Positions 14,897-24,276 of a DNA stretch of 36,329 nt are shown piece by piece. Position 1 is the stretch's first letter. Every line of letters begins with the position of its first letter. The position numbers were made by a program, and so were the translations under genes. This stretch comes from a virus (lineage: Duplodnaviria; Caudoviricetes): the IMG/VR virus record IMGVR_UViG_3300037424_002111, positions 1 to 36,329 of that record; one strand, written 5' to 3'. The notes under the pieces are model-generated. The model saw only the letters and a program-made list of their open reading frames with translations, made no database searches and was not told the DNA's origin.

Positions 14897-17496
14897 TTCG
14901 GAGTGTATTCGATGTAATTGAATGTCAGATTATAGGCAAGGGAATCGGCGTCGGAATCTGTGTAGGCGGCATGAACAACCTGGATGATGTTTCGCTTTCC
15001 AGGCTCGAGTGATATATCGTCTCCGAAACCGTTTACAGATCCCTCTGCCGACGCGCCGGGATTGACCTGAGCGCCGTGGATAACCACTCGCTTGTCTGCC
15101 GTGGTACCGAGTGCAATCATCTTTATTGGTCGCGGGAGAAGGCCGATGTAATCCACATTCTGCAGGGATGCAGGAGCGGAGATCAGAGTCAGCCACCAGA
15201 AGATCCTCTCGAAGCCTATACCCACGAGCTTCGCATCGGTTCGACGAAAGCGCGGCATGTGAACAGGCGCGGAAAAGATCGTCGTGTAAGTAGCGGCACC
15301 CACAAAGGTGCTCCAAGTTTTCGGATCTCCGAGCTGGAAGGTGGCCGGATCATAAGCAGAAGTATCAGGAGCGTATTTACATCGGATCGTCACGGCCATC
15401 GCCGCCGCCTGAGATGCCTTCAATCGTACGTAGGCGATGTAATCACGATCGCCCAGGAGGAGCCGGTTCGGGAGAGCGCAGAGCCTTCCATAGGCCACGT
15501 ATGCCTCGGCGGTGATATCGAACTGTTTGTTATATCCGCCGGACGCGTTCGCATCCGCCGTTCCGCTTGCCGCCTGACCAACGTCCTGAAAAAATCCTGC
15601 GTTCGATATCGCGTTGAATAAATCTCCCAATACCGCTGGCGGTATAAACTCGCGGTTTGCCAGGTTAGAGATCAATACCTGAAGAGCTCCCACATTGTGA
15701 GAAAAATCAAACTTCGTATCTGCCGGCACGTTGCCGGCGATGCCATCGGCCAGCGCCCAAGCCCAATGGTCACCGATCCCGGCGCCGTCGTTGTGGCTGT
15801 CAATTACACCATCGCCAGCGCGGGTCAGAATATAAGGGATCGGAGATTCGAGGCGTCCTTCCGAAAGACGTGAAGATATATCAGCATACTGCGCCGTGAT
15901 CTCTGCCTGAGACATATCCCAGGCGTAGGTCGAGAAGTCACCGAAGCACCCGTTTGAAGGAAGATTTTTCACGTTGGCGGTACCGATGAACAAGTTGGTC
16001 GGCATGACGGGAGGCGACCAGTTAGCCGGATTTTGTACCGCAAGAACTCCGTTCTTATAAAGTTTCAGCGGAGATCCAACTGCCCAAACGAGGTGGATAA
16101 CTATCGGCGTACCAGGCACGACGGCATCCACAGGAGACACAGCCGAATTTACTCCATCCAGAATAAACCACTGATGAGCAGATGAATCCCTGGAAAGCAT
16201 GAGCGTGCGGGCCGGGCCCGTATCGAGCAATACGGGATCGTTGTCTGCCCCGAACGACGTGAACTCAGTATCAGAATTATAAGGCGTCCAGACGAACGCG
16301 ATCGTTCCCTTTGACATTGAAAGCGCGCGCGAGTAATTCGAGGCGTCCTCGATCGGAAGGATGATCGACCCATTCACTCGCGCCGAGGTTGCGAGGCTCA
16401 AATTGACGTTGCTATAGTAATTTCCAGGAAGATCTCCACAGCAAAAAGGACTCGGGTATGGACGTTCCTCAAATTGAACTCCATGCAGATAAATTGTTTT
16501 TCCAGTAGGAACGATGATGGACACTAGCTTCGCCGCTACATATCCATTCACTACTGCATGGACACGGTACAAACCATCGCCCATGTGTGTATATGTGCCA
16601 GCAAGCGCAACGTCGTCATACCAGAGAATAACATCTGCCGCGGTGACTGCGGATCCGTCTTCTTTCTTCACGTATGCGCTAAGCGTCCACTTATTCACGT
16701 TGCCGCAAGTAACACTCTGATAATATTTTCCGCCCCCAGTGCCGCCATAAATTCGTTTGCTTTCGCTGGGCCAGAAACGGAAACGGCCATCTATCACCTC
16801 TGAAACCTTGGAGGTGGCCGGCGCGGCCAAGGTCCATCCGTCGTCTTGAAAAAAACCATACCGACCGATGAAAGCGGCGTTGATGATGCTGTTCCCTGTT
16901 GCTTGTGGAATTACAACCCCACGGCTCTGCCCGTCAGCAAAACCTTCCACGTTCTGACGAAGGCCGCCGTATCCATTCGCGAGGCGTTGAACCTGGCCCA
17001 GGGCGAACGGCCGGAGAATAAGCTGCACAGTCGCGTTTACAAACTCGCTCCGAACCTTGTCATATTTATCGACGTGAACCTTTCCATTCACGATCTCATA
17101 CCGAAGGAATGCTCCCATCTGGCCCCAGAGAGGTTCACCTGAAAGGTAGGAGTGCCGTTTGAAACAGAGGTAAAGCGGATCGTATTCATCGCCGGCCATA
17201 TCGAGGAGGGACTCAAGATCGGAGATACTCCGCGCGATCCGCTGTTCGCTTGATCCCAGCACGATGATCGGGAAAGTGAAAGAGATATTTTTCGCGCGGG
17301 TGGAGACCAACTCTTCTCCGCCATAACGATTGTAAGAAGTGCTCTCCGACTGGATTGCCTCCTCGGTGGCAGTCGGCGGAATGAAACGAGCAACATCGAA
17401 CCGACCGGACGGATTGGCAGTCGTCGGCGGATCGGTGAGTTTTATAGAGAGCCGAGAATTTTTCAGATAGAGAACGTAATCAGATTTTACAGGCAT
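14881..17496 (-). CDS. Distal-tail-like protein with inserted carbohydrate-binding and LamG-like domains (probable receptor-binding protein), 871 aa
   Basis: ATG 17496 after GGGAGG. Dit-like ends (LILRPFALG; SLEPGKRNII...YTPKW). Internal WTLSAYVK...LHGVQFEE and GTIAFVWTP...HLVW...KLYKNG...LFIG. Confidence 0.65.
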   Translation of the reverse strand: MPVKSDYVLYLKNSRLSIKLTDPPTTANPSGRFDVARFIPPTATEEAIQSESTSYNRYGGEELVSTRAKNISFTFPIIVLGSSEQRIARSISDLESLLDMAGDEYDPLYLCFKRHSYLSGEPLWGQMGAFLRYEIVNGKVHVDKYDKVRSEFVNATVQLILRPFALGQVQRLANGYGGLRQNVEGFADGQSRGVVIPQATGNSIINAAFIGRYGFFQDDGWTLAAPATSKVSEVIDGRFRFWPSESKRIYGGTGGGKYYQSVTCGNVNKWTLSAYVKKEDGSAVTAADVILWYDDVALAGTYTHMGDGLYRVHAVVNGYVAAKLVSIIVPTGKTIYLHGVQFEERPYPSPFCCGDLPGNYYSNVNLSLATSARVNGSIILPIEDASNYSRALSMSKGTIAFVWTPYNSDTEFTSFGADNDPVLLDTGPARTLMLSRDSSAHQWFILDGVNSAVSPVDAVVPGTPIVIHLVWAVGSPLKLYKNGVLAVQNPANWSPPVMPTNLFIGTANVKNLPSNGCFGDFSTYAWDMSQAEITAQYADISSRLSEGRLESPIPYILTRAGDGVIDSHNDGAGIGDHWAWALADGIAGNVPADTKFDFSHNVGALQVLISNLANREFIPPAVLGDLFNAISNAGFFQDVGQAASGTADANASGGYNKQFDITAEAYVAYGRLCALPNRLLLGDRDYIAYVRLKASQAAAMAVTIRCKYAPDTSAYDPATFQLGDPKTWSTFVGAATYTTIFSAPVHMPRFRRTDAKLVGIGFERIFWWLTLISAPASLQNVDYIGLLPRPIKMIALGTTADKRVVIHGAQVNPGASAEGSVNGFGDDISLEPGKRNIIQVVHAAYTDSDADSLAYNLTFNYIEYTPKWSLM

Positions 17497-17497
17497 C

Positions 17498-19669
17498 TCA
17501 GCCTCCCGGCCGATAATTCGAATTTTTCTGCTGGCGAAGCATATCACCGGCGAGCTGAACCACCTGGCGGGCCATCTGATAAGCGTCCGGGGAGGATCCG
17601 CCTCCGAGGTTGAAAGTGGCGTCCGGGAAGAAGCTCTCGCTCGATCCGGCGCCAGCTCCAGAGAGCGCCGGCGAGTTCAGCCCGTAGGAAAAGGCGGGGA
17701 GCTGGCGGAGGGCCACATCCTCGAGGGCGTTTCCTATTCCGCGAAGCCCGACCTCGAAGGGAGTAGGCGAGCCAGGGGTGAGCCAATCGGGAAGTGAGAG
17801 GTTCCGGATCTGACCGGCCAGATCTCCGATCCATCCAGTGGCCCGCTGAATTGCGTCGGAGATCCCATCGAATACCCCGGCGAGCTTGCTGAGCACATTA
17901 TCCTGCACCCACTGGATCGCCGGCCCGAGGGTTTTGTTGAACAGATCCGCCAGCGTCTGGATGATCGGATTAAATGTGTCGTAAAGGAATTTCCACACCT
18001 TCTCGATCGCCGGGTAGAGAACCTTCTCCCAGAGGCCAGCCAGCGCCTCGACCGCTTTCCCCACCACGGCGCTTATGAGCTCAGCCACCGAAGCCAGGAA
18101 GGGGAAGAGCACGGTTGAGAGCCAGCTCCATACCGCCATGATCGCCGGCTGAAGAGTGTTCGTCCAATAATTCGCGAGCGTTTGAATCGCGGTCGTCAGC
18201 GTAGTCGAGATCCAAGTCCAGAGCATCGCGAGGATAGGTTCGAGAACCGCCCAGATACTCATAACCGTATCCCGGATCCCGAACCAGTTATTAGTCCAGG
18301 CCTCGTAGAGAATATAGGCATAAGCCGCAACGACCGCCATGATCGCGACCACCACAAGAAGGATCGGAAGGATCGGAGCGAGGGCTCCCCAGATTGCGAT
18401 CGCCGCAACCACACCCAAGGCCGCAACCGCCACCCCGATCGCCGCCAGAGCTGCAACGATCACGCCCTGGTTGTCCATCAACCACTGAAAAGTATCCTTG
18501 AACCATTGAACGATCTGAGGGAACCAGATCGCCGCCTGTTCGCCGAACTTCCCAAGGGTGTCCGCCAGATCGGTAAAGAACTGCTGAGCCTCCGGGCTGG
18601 AGATCACGTCGGTTATAAGAGCTCCAACCTTTTCGAGGATCGGGAATACTTTGTCGAGGGCCGGCTCGAGCGCGAGGAGGAAAGGCTTTCCGATCGCTTC
18701 GAGAAGGTTCTCAACCTTGTTTTTTATTCTGTCGATAGTGCCAGCGAAGGTTTGGCCGGCCGCCTTCGCTGTTCCTCCGAACCGTCCCTCGAGCTCCTCG
18801 AGGAGAAGGTTCTGGGCCTTGAGCGTGCGCTCTTCTTCCGTTCCGCCCTCGGCGGCCGCGGCCTGGGCCAGGGTAAACGCTTCGACCGACCCGTTGGCTT
18901 TTTCGATCTCGGCCTGGAGCTCGGCGACCCGATTCCGCTGGGAGAGCATGGAAGAGCCGGAAGCCGTTCCGGCTTTTTCCATCTCGGCGAGCTTCATTGT
19001 GGCTACCTGAAGATCGCTCTGCAATCCGGGGAGCTTCTCCTGGGCGGCCGCGGCTTCCTTTCCGAGCTTCTCCAGCTCCGCACTATCTCCCATGATCGCC
19101 TTGATCTGGTCTTTCAGATCTTGGCTCAACGGGCCCGTGACCCGCTCGAGCGCGCCCATCCCTTCGATCGGATCCTGAAGCGCTTTACCCAGGAGCCGGT
19201 TGGCGCTCGTGAGATCTACTCCAAACGTGGTGCTCATATCCAGAGCGGCTTCGGTCGCGCGCGGGAAAACATCCTTTCCGATCTTTGTGAATGTCAGGAG
19301 GATGTTCTCGCCGGATTGAATTACTTCATCATCATACCGAGTGACTTCAGATAGGGAGGTGGCCAGTTCCCCGACCTGCTCGGCCGAAAGGCCAGCGGCT
19401 CCTCCGGTCGATCGGATGAGGGCCTCGGTCTGAACCTGAACCACTTCCTCTTCCATCGCCGCAGTAATCGAGGCCATGAGAACCGAGACCGAGACCGCCA
19501 CTGTCGCAACTGCCGCGGCGAAGGCGGCCGCAACGATCCCGCCGGCCACAACTCCGACAGAGCCGAGGGTAGACTCAACCTCCGCCTTCGAGCCCTCGAG
19601 CTCCTTCGCGAGGCCGGTCGCGTCTCCGGTTATATCGAGAACAGCTTCGCCGAGATTAAACCCTGACAT
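17498..19669 (-). CDS. Tape measure protein, 723 aa
   Basis: LGEAVLDITGD N-terminus; Ala-rich helices; W/F-periodic 11-residue repeats; LTPGSPT near the end; follows the tail assembly chaperones. Confidence 0.92.
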   Translation of the reverse strand: MSGFNLGEAVLDITGDATGLAKELEGSKAEVESTLGSVGVVAGGIVAAAFAAAVATVAVSVSVLMASITAAMEEEVVQVQTEALIRSTGGAAGLSAEQVGELATSLSEVTRYDDEVIQSGENILLTFTKIGKDVFPRATEAALDMSTTFGVDLTSANRLLGKALQDPIEGMGALERVTGPLSQDLKDQIKAIMGDSAELEKLGKEAAAAQEKLPGLQSDLQVATMKLAEMEKAGTASGSSMLSQRNRVAELQAEIEKANGSVEAFTLAQAAAAEGGTEEERTLKAQNLLLEELEGRFGGTAKAAGQTFAGTIDRIKNKVENLLEAIGKPFLLALEPALDKVFPILEKVGALITDVISSPEAQQFFTDLADTLGKFGEQAAIWFPQIVQWFKDTFQWLMDNQGVIVAALAAIGVAVAALGVVAAIAIWGALAPILPILLVVVAIMAVVAAYAYILYEAWTNNWFGIRDTVMSIWAVLEPILAMLWTWISTTLTTAIQTLANYWTNTLQPAIMAVWSWLSTVLFPFLASVAELISAVVGKAVEALAGLWEKVLYPAIEKVWKFLYDTFNPIIQTLADLFNKTLGPAIQWVQDNVLSKLAGVFDGISDAIQRATGWIGDLAGQIRNLSLPDWLTPGSPTPFEVGLRGIGNALEDVALRQLPAFSYGLNSPALSGAGAGSSESFFPDATFNLGGGSSPDAYQMARQVVQLAGDMLRQQKNSNYRPGG

Positions 19670-19979
19670 CTGCGATTCCTATTCTCCGAAGATCCTCAGA
19701 GGTAGCGCGCCTGGCTGGCTTCTTTCGCTCAGCGTAGGCCTCGAGCCTTTTCGTTACCGCCCAGCGGTCACCCTCGCTCATGTAAGGGTAGGACGCCGCT
19801 TCGTTCATCATCCCCCGAATCGCCGCCAGGTGCTCCGGAAGGCGCTCCGCATACAACCCGATAACCGAGAGCGGCATCCCATCGGTTATCTCCGAGTAGG
19901 AAAGGTGATACCAGAAACTCAGGCGGGCGAAGGTGTCGGAGAAGGAGGCGCCGGGTTCTCCCCCTGACCTGACTTTTTT
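19656..19979 (-). CDS. Tail assembly chaperone, -1 frameshift extension (gpT-like); fusion product about 232 aa
   Basis: The -1 frame is open from the slippery site A AAA AAG (19979-19973) to 19656: FARLSFWYHLSYSEITDGMP... Confidence 0.8.
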   Translation of the reverse strand, partial: KKVRSGGEPGASFSDTFARLSFWYHLSYSEITDGMPLSVIGLYAERLPEHLAAIRGMMNEAASYPYMSEGDRWAVTKRLEAYAERKKPARRATSEDLRRIGIADVRV

Positions 19980-20353
19980 AGGTTTTTGTTCACCTCGGCG
20001 GTATAAAATTCCATCACCCTCATGAGCTTCGGAAGCGGGAGGTTGGCCTCGGCGAGCTCTGGTGAGATGAGCTTGATCGCCTCGAGGATAAACTCCAGCA
20101 TCTTCTCCTCCCACCTACCCTTCGCCTTCGCTGGATCGAGCTTCCCAGCGGCGTCCATAACCCCCGCATTCTGAAACTCCTTCATTTTCTTTTGAGCTCG
20201 CCAGAGAGCCGCAGCGCTCCGCGGAGTCAGATCCTCCGGCCGGGTGAGCTCGAATACCTTATCGTGGTGCTTGATTTTGATCTTCTGAGATTCGCCGAGA
20301 GCTTGATCGAGGTCGAGCATCGGATCTTGTGGGACTTTCGGGGTTTGTTCCAT
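19919..20353 (-). CDS. Tail assembly chaperone (gpG-like)
   Basis: AAGGAG SD; lies between the major tail and tape measure genes; slippery heptamer near its 3' end. Confidence 0.85.
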   Translation of the reverse strand: MEQTPKVPQDPMLDLDQALGESQKIKIKHHDKVFELTRPEDLTPRSAAALWRAQKKMKEFQNAGVMDAAGKLDPAKAKGRWEEKMLEFILEAIKLISPELAEANLPLPKLMRVMEFYTAEVNKNLKKSGQGENPAPPSPTPSPA

Positions 20354-20373
20354 CTTCGGCTCCTTGGTTTGGG

Positions 20374-20467
20374 TGCGCCAGGAAGGCCTCCGCTGGGCTT
20401 AGGGTCATAATAGCCACCCCGCCCAGCGCCGCTCTCCTGGGCCCTGTTACGTTGCCGGTAACAGGGG
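20374..20467 (-). repeat. 94-bp dispersed element, copy 2
   Basis: CTGTTAC-N7-GTAACAG at 20444-20464; 64/94 ungapped identity to 7647-7740. Confidence 0.75.
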
Positions 20468-20490
20468 ATGATCTACCCCCCTTCTCGAGC

Positions 20491-20567
20491 CTGAAGCCGC
20501 TGGCCCTGGGAGCTTCCTCTTCGCCGGTTACGGGTCGTAAGAGTGCCCCAGAGCCAGCGGGCTCAGG
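20491..20567 (-). other. Long imperfect hairpin immediately after the major tail gene
   Basis: CCTGAAGCCGCTGGC/GCCAGCGGGCTCAGG outer arms, with CTGGG/CCCAG, CTCTT/AAGAG and CCG/CGG inner stems. Confidence 0.6.
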
Positions 20568-20568
20568 T

Positions 20569-21144
20569 TTACAGCGGCTCGGCGGACTGAGCGACGCGCC
20601 GGCCGAAGCGTTCCGTCTCGGTCAGTGCGTTCAGATCCTCGAGCGCCACGAACTTCGCGGAGAATGTCGACTGCTCGGCGCGGGAGAACTCGATCTCTGT
20701 CGCGTCGTCGAAGTATCCGCGCGGGAGTTCGTATTGTTCATTCCATGGCCCGTCGGGAGAGAAGCCGCGGAAGAGGAAGGAATACTCCACAACCGCAACG
20801 CCCCGATGGAGGTAGGCGAACTTCTGGCCCGGCACTCCGGCGGCCGCGGCGACGGTTCCCATCGTCTGGCCGAGGAGCTTCGCGAGATTCTCCATCGTCC
20901 CCTCGGCGAGTTTGGTCTCGAGCTCGACGCCCTCTTCATCGCGCGCCGCTTTGACCCCGCCGGTTCGCTGGTCGGTTCGAGCGACGATGTTCTTCTGGGT
21001 CATCGCGAGCTTCACTCCATCGAGCGTCTCTCCGAGATCCGTCCAGCCAGCTCCCGGAACCGCATTGACCAACGGGAAAGCGAGGCCAACCGGCGCAACG
21101 TAGAGCCGCCCAACTCCGGTGAGAATAGCATAGGTGGTTAGCAT
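20569..21144 (-). CDS. Major tail tube protein
   Basis: ILTGVGRLYVAP...WTDLGET.DGV...LAEGTMENL pattern of siphovirus tubes; synteny. Confidence 0.88.
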   Translation of the reverse strand: MLTTYAILTGVGRLYVAPVGLAFPLVNAVPGAGWTDLGETLDGVKLAMTQKNIVARTDQRTGGVKAARDEEGVELETKLAEGTMENLAKLLGQTMGTVAAAAGVPGQKFAYLHRGVAVVEYSFLFRGFSPDGPWNEQYELPRGYFDDATEIEFSRAEQSTFSAKFVALEDLNALTETERFGRRVAQSAEPL

Positions 21145-21156
21145 ATCGTGCTCCTT

Positions 21157-21582
21157 TCAGGTTACAGGATTGACGCACACGGCCAACGAGAAGAGCCCGA
21201 TGACCATGTCCATCTGAACGTCGTCGTCGAAAAAGAACGACGGCTCGGATTCCGGAAGGACGAAGTAGAGAAGCGCCTTCCCTTCGGCGATCGGCACGAG
21301 GATCCTCTGGGCCACGTTCGCCACCTTGAGAATAGTCTGGTAGAGCGCCATCGCCTTCGGTTGATCGGCCTCATAGCACCGAGCTTCGACCCGGATGGTT
21401 CGCATCGAGGAGCCTGGCCGCGCGGTTCCGCCATCGCACAAGAGGATGAGGGAAGCCTGACCGACAGTCCAGCCCCCGGTACCGCCGTAGTTCGTCTTAG
21501 CTGCAACGCGCGTATCGACCAGAGCCTTCACGGTCGGGGCTTCAGCGAAGAGAGAGATTATCACTTCTGCGGGGTCGATCAT
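21157..21582 (-). CDS. Tail terminator/completion protein
   Basis: ALVDTRV...IRVEARCY pattern; directly before the major tail gene. Confidence 0.75.
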   Translation of the reverse strand: MIDPAEVIISLFAEAPTVKALVDTRVAAKTNYGGTGGWTVGQASLILLCDGGTARPGSSMRTIRVEARCYEADQPKAMALYQTILKVANVAQRILVPIAEGKALLYFVLPESEPSFFFDDDVQMDMVIGLFSLAVCVNPVT

Positions 21583-21992
21583 TTCCAGCTCCCGTATCGT
21601 TTCATGATCTCCTCGAACCGCGGCCGCACTCGATCAAGGCCGATCACCAGATAGCGGTAGAGGTCGTGGATCTTCTTCGCGTACCTCATTCCGCTCCCTA
21701 CCAGGATGGTGATCCGATTCCCTACCATCCCAGGAGTGGCATCCCGGCCGCCCCTCTCTGGCGTCTTCGCGCTCGGCTTCACATTATCGCCCGAGAAGTT
21801 ATACGTCGGGTTGGCCGAGTGGATCGAGCGCTGGAGCGTCCCGGTTACTTTCCCATGGCCGGCGCGGAGCTCCTTCTTCGCTTCTCCCTCGGTGGCCAGG
21901 CCGATCATCCCCAGGCCTTTCCCAGCGCTCTCCTTCACCTGCTGAAGAACGGCCGGGCCATACCAGGAGAACTTCTTCAGGCCGCCCATCAC
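21579..21992 (-). CDS. HK97 gp10-like neck protein
   Basis: AKKEL...VTGTLQRSI...VGSGMRYA..IH...YL motifs. Confidence 0.8.
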   Translation of the reverse strand: MMGGLKKFSWYGPAVLQQVKESAGKGLGMIGLATEGEAKKELRAGHGKVTGTLQRSIHSANPTYNFSGDNVKPSAKTPERGGRDATPGMVGNRITILVGSGMRYAKKIHDLYRYLVIGLDRVRPRFEEIMKRYGSWK

Positions 21993-22345
21993 TGAACCAC
22001 CTCGAGGACGGCGCTCTTGTGAACCTGAGCGATCATCCCGCGGCGCGAGAGGAGCGACTTGATCACGAACTTTTTATCCACCACGGTTCCATCTTCGAGC
22101 ACGACGTGCGAGATCCGATCGGTCTCGAGGATATCGAGATCCGCCGGAAGGATGGCGAGCCAGGACTTTATTGGCTCGCGCTGGCGCCGGAGATCGTTCC
22201 ATATCCAGAGCGTCTTCTCTACCAACCTGCACGGGGTATTCGCGGAAACCTCGCTCCAGTCATCCTTCTGGTTTCCGTAGGTGTTTTTCGTCGGCGTGCT
22301 GCGCTCGACGATGCAGGTATGCGAGAAGAAGGAATCGACTGGCAT
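21989..22345 (-). CDS. Head closure (stopper) protein
   Basis: HTCIVER...NTYGN...W...PCRL...DILETDRI pattern; synteny. Confidence 0.75.
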   Translation of the reverse strand: MPVDSFFSHTCIVERSTPTKNTYGNQKDDWSEVSANTPCRLVEKTLWIWNDLRRQREPIKSWLAILPADLDILETDRISHVVLEDGTVVDKKFVIKSLLSRRGMIAQVHKSAVLEVVQ

Positions 22346-22348
22346 GGC

Positions 22349-22687
22349 TTAGAGCCGGGTGACCGCGATGGTGGTGGTGGTTGCCACGTCGATGTCGATA
22401 TAGACCATCCCGTCCGCCTGGTTGTAAACCGAGGGCGGGAAGGGCCCGATGATCTTGTCGCCGGTGTTGGCCGGGATGAGAACCGTCCTCTCGGCGACGG
22501 CCAGAGCATCGATGGTGCCTGGTGTCTGGATGGTGACGGTGTGATCCGCAACGGCGGTGTTTTTCACCTCGATGCAGATCCGGCCATCGTTCGCGAAGGC
22601 ATGTTGAAGGCCGGCATCCCAGGCCCCGAAGGTCGGGACAATGCCGGTGCGGACGATCTGTTGGGGAGTGAGCGTGACACGTGCCAT
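22349..22687 (-). CDS. Small beta-rich virion protein (112 aa)
   Basis: GGAGG before ATG 22687; FANDGRICIEVKN...IIGPFPPSVYNQ.DGMVYID. Confidence 0.7.
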   Translation of the reverse strand: MARVTLTPQQIVRTGIVPTFGAWDAGLQHAFANDGRICIEVKNTAVADHTVTIQTPGTIDALAVAERTVLIPANTGDKIIGPFPPSVYNQADGMVYIDIDVATTTTIAVTRL

Positions 22688-22706
22688 GAGAAACCTCCGT
22701 TTGGTT

Positions 22707-23246
22707 TTAGGTTGCGGATGGGAACTTGAGGCGGCCGAGGATCTTCGAGCGCTCCTCGTCCCACTGAGCCGCCGTATAGCTGTATTCACCCGCGAAGCTC
22801 TCGGACTGCATTCCCGTCCGGCTGAGGGCGATCCTCATGAGGTCGATGATCGCCGCCTTCCGAAGAAGGTTGTCGTCTGCGGGCTTGTAGATGATGACGA
22901 GGACTTCTCCCCACTCGATCGGGCCATCATCTTCTCCAGCGAGCCAGGCCTGAACCCCCGATATCTTTCGGATCTTTCCCTGAGCGGGCCATACCCGGTA
23001 GGAGAGCGGATCCACCAGCGTGCCGTCTTCGGTGATTGAGGTGACCGAAACGATTGGCCGGCGGAGATAGATCGTCCGCTCTTCGCCCTCGAGGGTTTCG
23101 GTGATCTCCGTCGCGGCGTTCACGTAGTGAGCCCCGAAGAGCCTGATAACCTCCGCCTCTTCCCGGTCGATAACAGCCTGAAGGTTGGTATCAGAGAGGG
23201 AGCTTTTCAGGATCGCGCGGGCTTCGGCGATGGTTACCAGGCTCAT
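22707..23246 (-). CDS. Head-tail connector (gp6/gp15-like adaptor)
   Basis: LVTIAEARAIL...D..LQ..ID; LRRPIVSVTSI; SESFAGEYSY. Confidence 0.8.
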   Translation of the reverse strand: MSLVTIAEARAILKSSLSDTNLQAVIDREEAEVIRLFGAHYVNAATEITETLEGEERTIYLRRPIVSVTSITEDGTLVDPLSYRVWPAQGKIRKISGVQAWLAGEDDGPIEWGEVLVIIYKPADDNLLRKAAIIDLMRIALSRTGMQSESFAGEYSYTAAQWDEERSKILGRLKFPSAT

Positions 23247-23253
23247 GGTTTCC

Positions 23254-23721
23254 TCACATCTCCGTGTCGGCGTACATCTTCAGGCTGAACGTGTGCTTTA
23301 CTAGGTTCGTTTGAACCTGCGTCCAGCGCGCGCGATAGGAAGCTCCGAAGAGATAGGGGCGCACAACACCAGAGGCCGCATCGGTGGTCACGTCGATCAC
23401 CGTCGCGCCTGGCGCGGCGTCTCCGCTCAGCACGGCCCACTCCTTTTTCGCGGCAGTGTTCCCAGCCTTCTGAGTGAAGTGGATCGCGTTGATCCACGTC
23501 GCTCCATCCGGGGCCAGCACGTCGACGAACACATCCAGAGTATCTCCGGCATCCGTCAGCGAGTCGGTGATATCAAGCAGGAAGAGGATTTTATCCCGCT
23601 CCCCGCGATACTCGACTGCGGTTCCTACTGCGTTCGCAACGGCACCCACCACCTGGCTGGATGCTTTGAGAACCCCGTATTCCCCCTGAACCAGATCAAC
23701 ACCTCGAGCGCCTCTCTGCAT
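23254..23721 (-). CDS. Beta-sandwich virion/capsid decoration-like protein
   Basis: FLLDIT...TLDVFVD...W.....FTQ...YRARW jelly-roll-like pattern; downstream of the capsid gene. Confidence 0.6.
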   Translation of the reverse strand: MQRGARGVDLVQGEYGVLKASSQVVGAVANAVGTAVEYRGERDKILFLLDITDSLTDAGDTLDVFVDVLAPDGATWINAIHFTQKAGNTAAKKEWAVLSGDAAPGATVIDVTTDAASGVVRPYLFGASYRARWTQVQTNLVKHTFSLKMYADTEM

Positions 23722-23733
23722 GATGCACCCCCC

Positions 23734-24207
23734 TTATACGGCCACGAGGCGAGCGCCCGGGTCGATCGGCATATAGCGCACCTGCCACTTCACGCTACCG
23801 GTGCTGGCCGCGCCCAGGATGAGATCGAGGTATCCGACCGCCAGGGTGACGGGGTGCATCTGTCCGCCCACTCCGCCGGCGAGAGCCATGACCAGCGCGG
23901 TCGCGGCGAGGCCGGAGATCGTGAGGAGCGAGCCGATCTCTTTCCCGGTGAGGTCAGAGGTCGCGCACAGATCGACGGCGGAGCCGACGGTCGGCGTCGA
24001 GGTCAGCTTCGCCGTGGTGGCTTGCGCCTGGATGGCCGCCGTGACCTCGCCGAGGATCAACCCAGCGCGCACGCGGCCGCCGGTGATCTGGAACAGATGG
24101 ATCGTTCCGCCGGCGACGATGGAGGCGGCCGCCCGTTCAACCGGGTAGCCGAGCGCCAGGAGGGTCAGATAATCGGGATCGAGGTTCGGAAAGTTTGGAT
24201 GACCCAT
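23734..24207 (-). CDS. Virion structural protein, possibly head decoration (157 aa)
   Basis: AAGGAG before ATG 24207; Ala/Gly/Thr-rich beta protein ending W...YMPIDPGA. Confidence 0.6.
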   Translation of the reverse strand: MGHPNFPNLDPDYLTLLALGYPVERAAASIVAGGTIHLFQITGGRVRAGLILGEVTAAIQAQATTAKLTSTPTVGSAVDLCATSDLTGKEIGSLLTISGLAATALVMALAGGVGGQMHPVTLAVGYLDLILGAASTGSVKWQVRYMPIDPGARLVAV

Positions 24208-24236
24208 TTTCTTACTCCTTCCTTTTTCTTCCAAGA

Positions 24237-24260
24237 GGGGCCGGGCGAGAGCCCGGCCCC
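24237..24260. terminator. Perfect 10-bp GC hairpin (weak terminator or mRNA stabiliser)
   Basis: GGGGCCGGGC-GAGA-GCCCGGCCCC, intergenic; no strong U tail. Confidence 0.5.
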
Positions 24261-24276
24261 GATTATCGAGAGCGGG

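Noticed and set aside
13325-17496. Diversity-generating retroelement targeting the tail genes
   Set aside because: No reverse transcriptase motifs and no adenine-variant repeat pair were seen. The 94-bp pair differs at all base types and is not in a tail gene.
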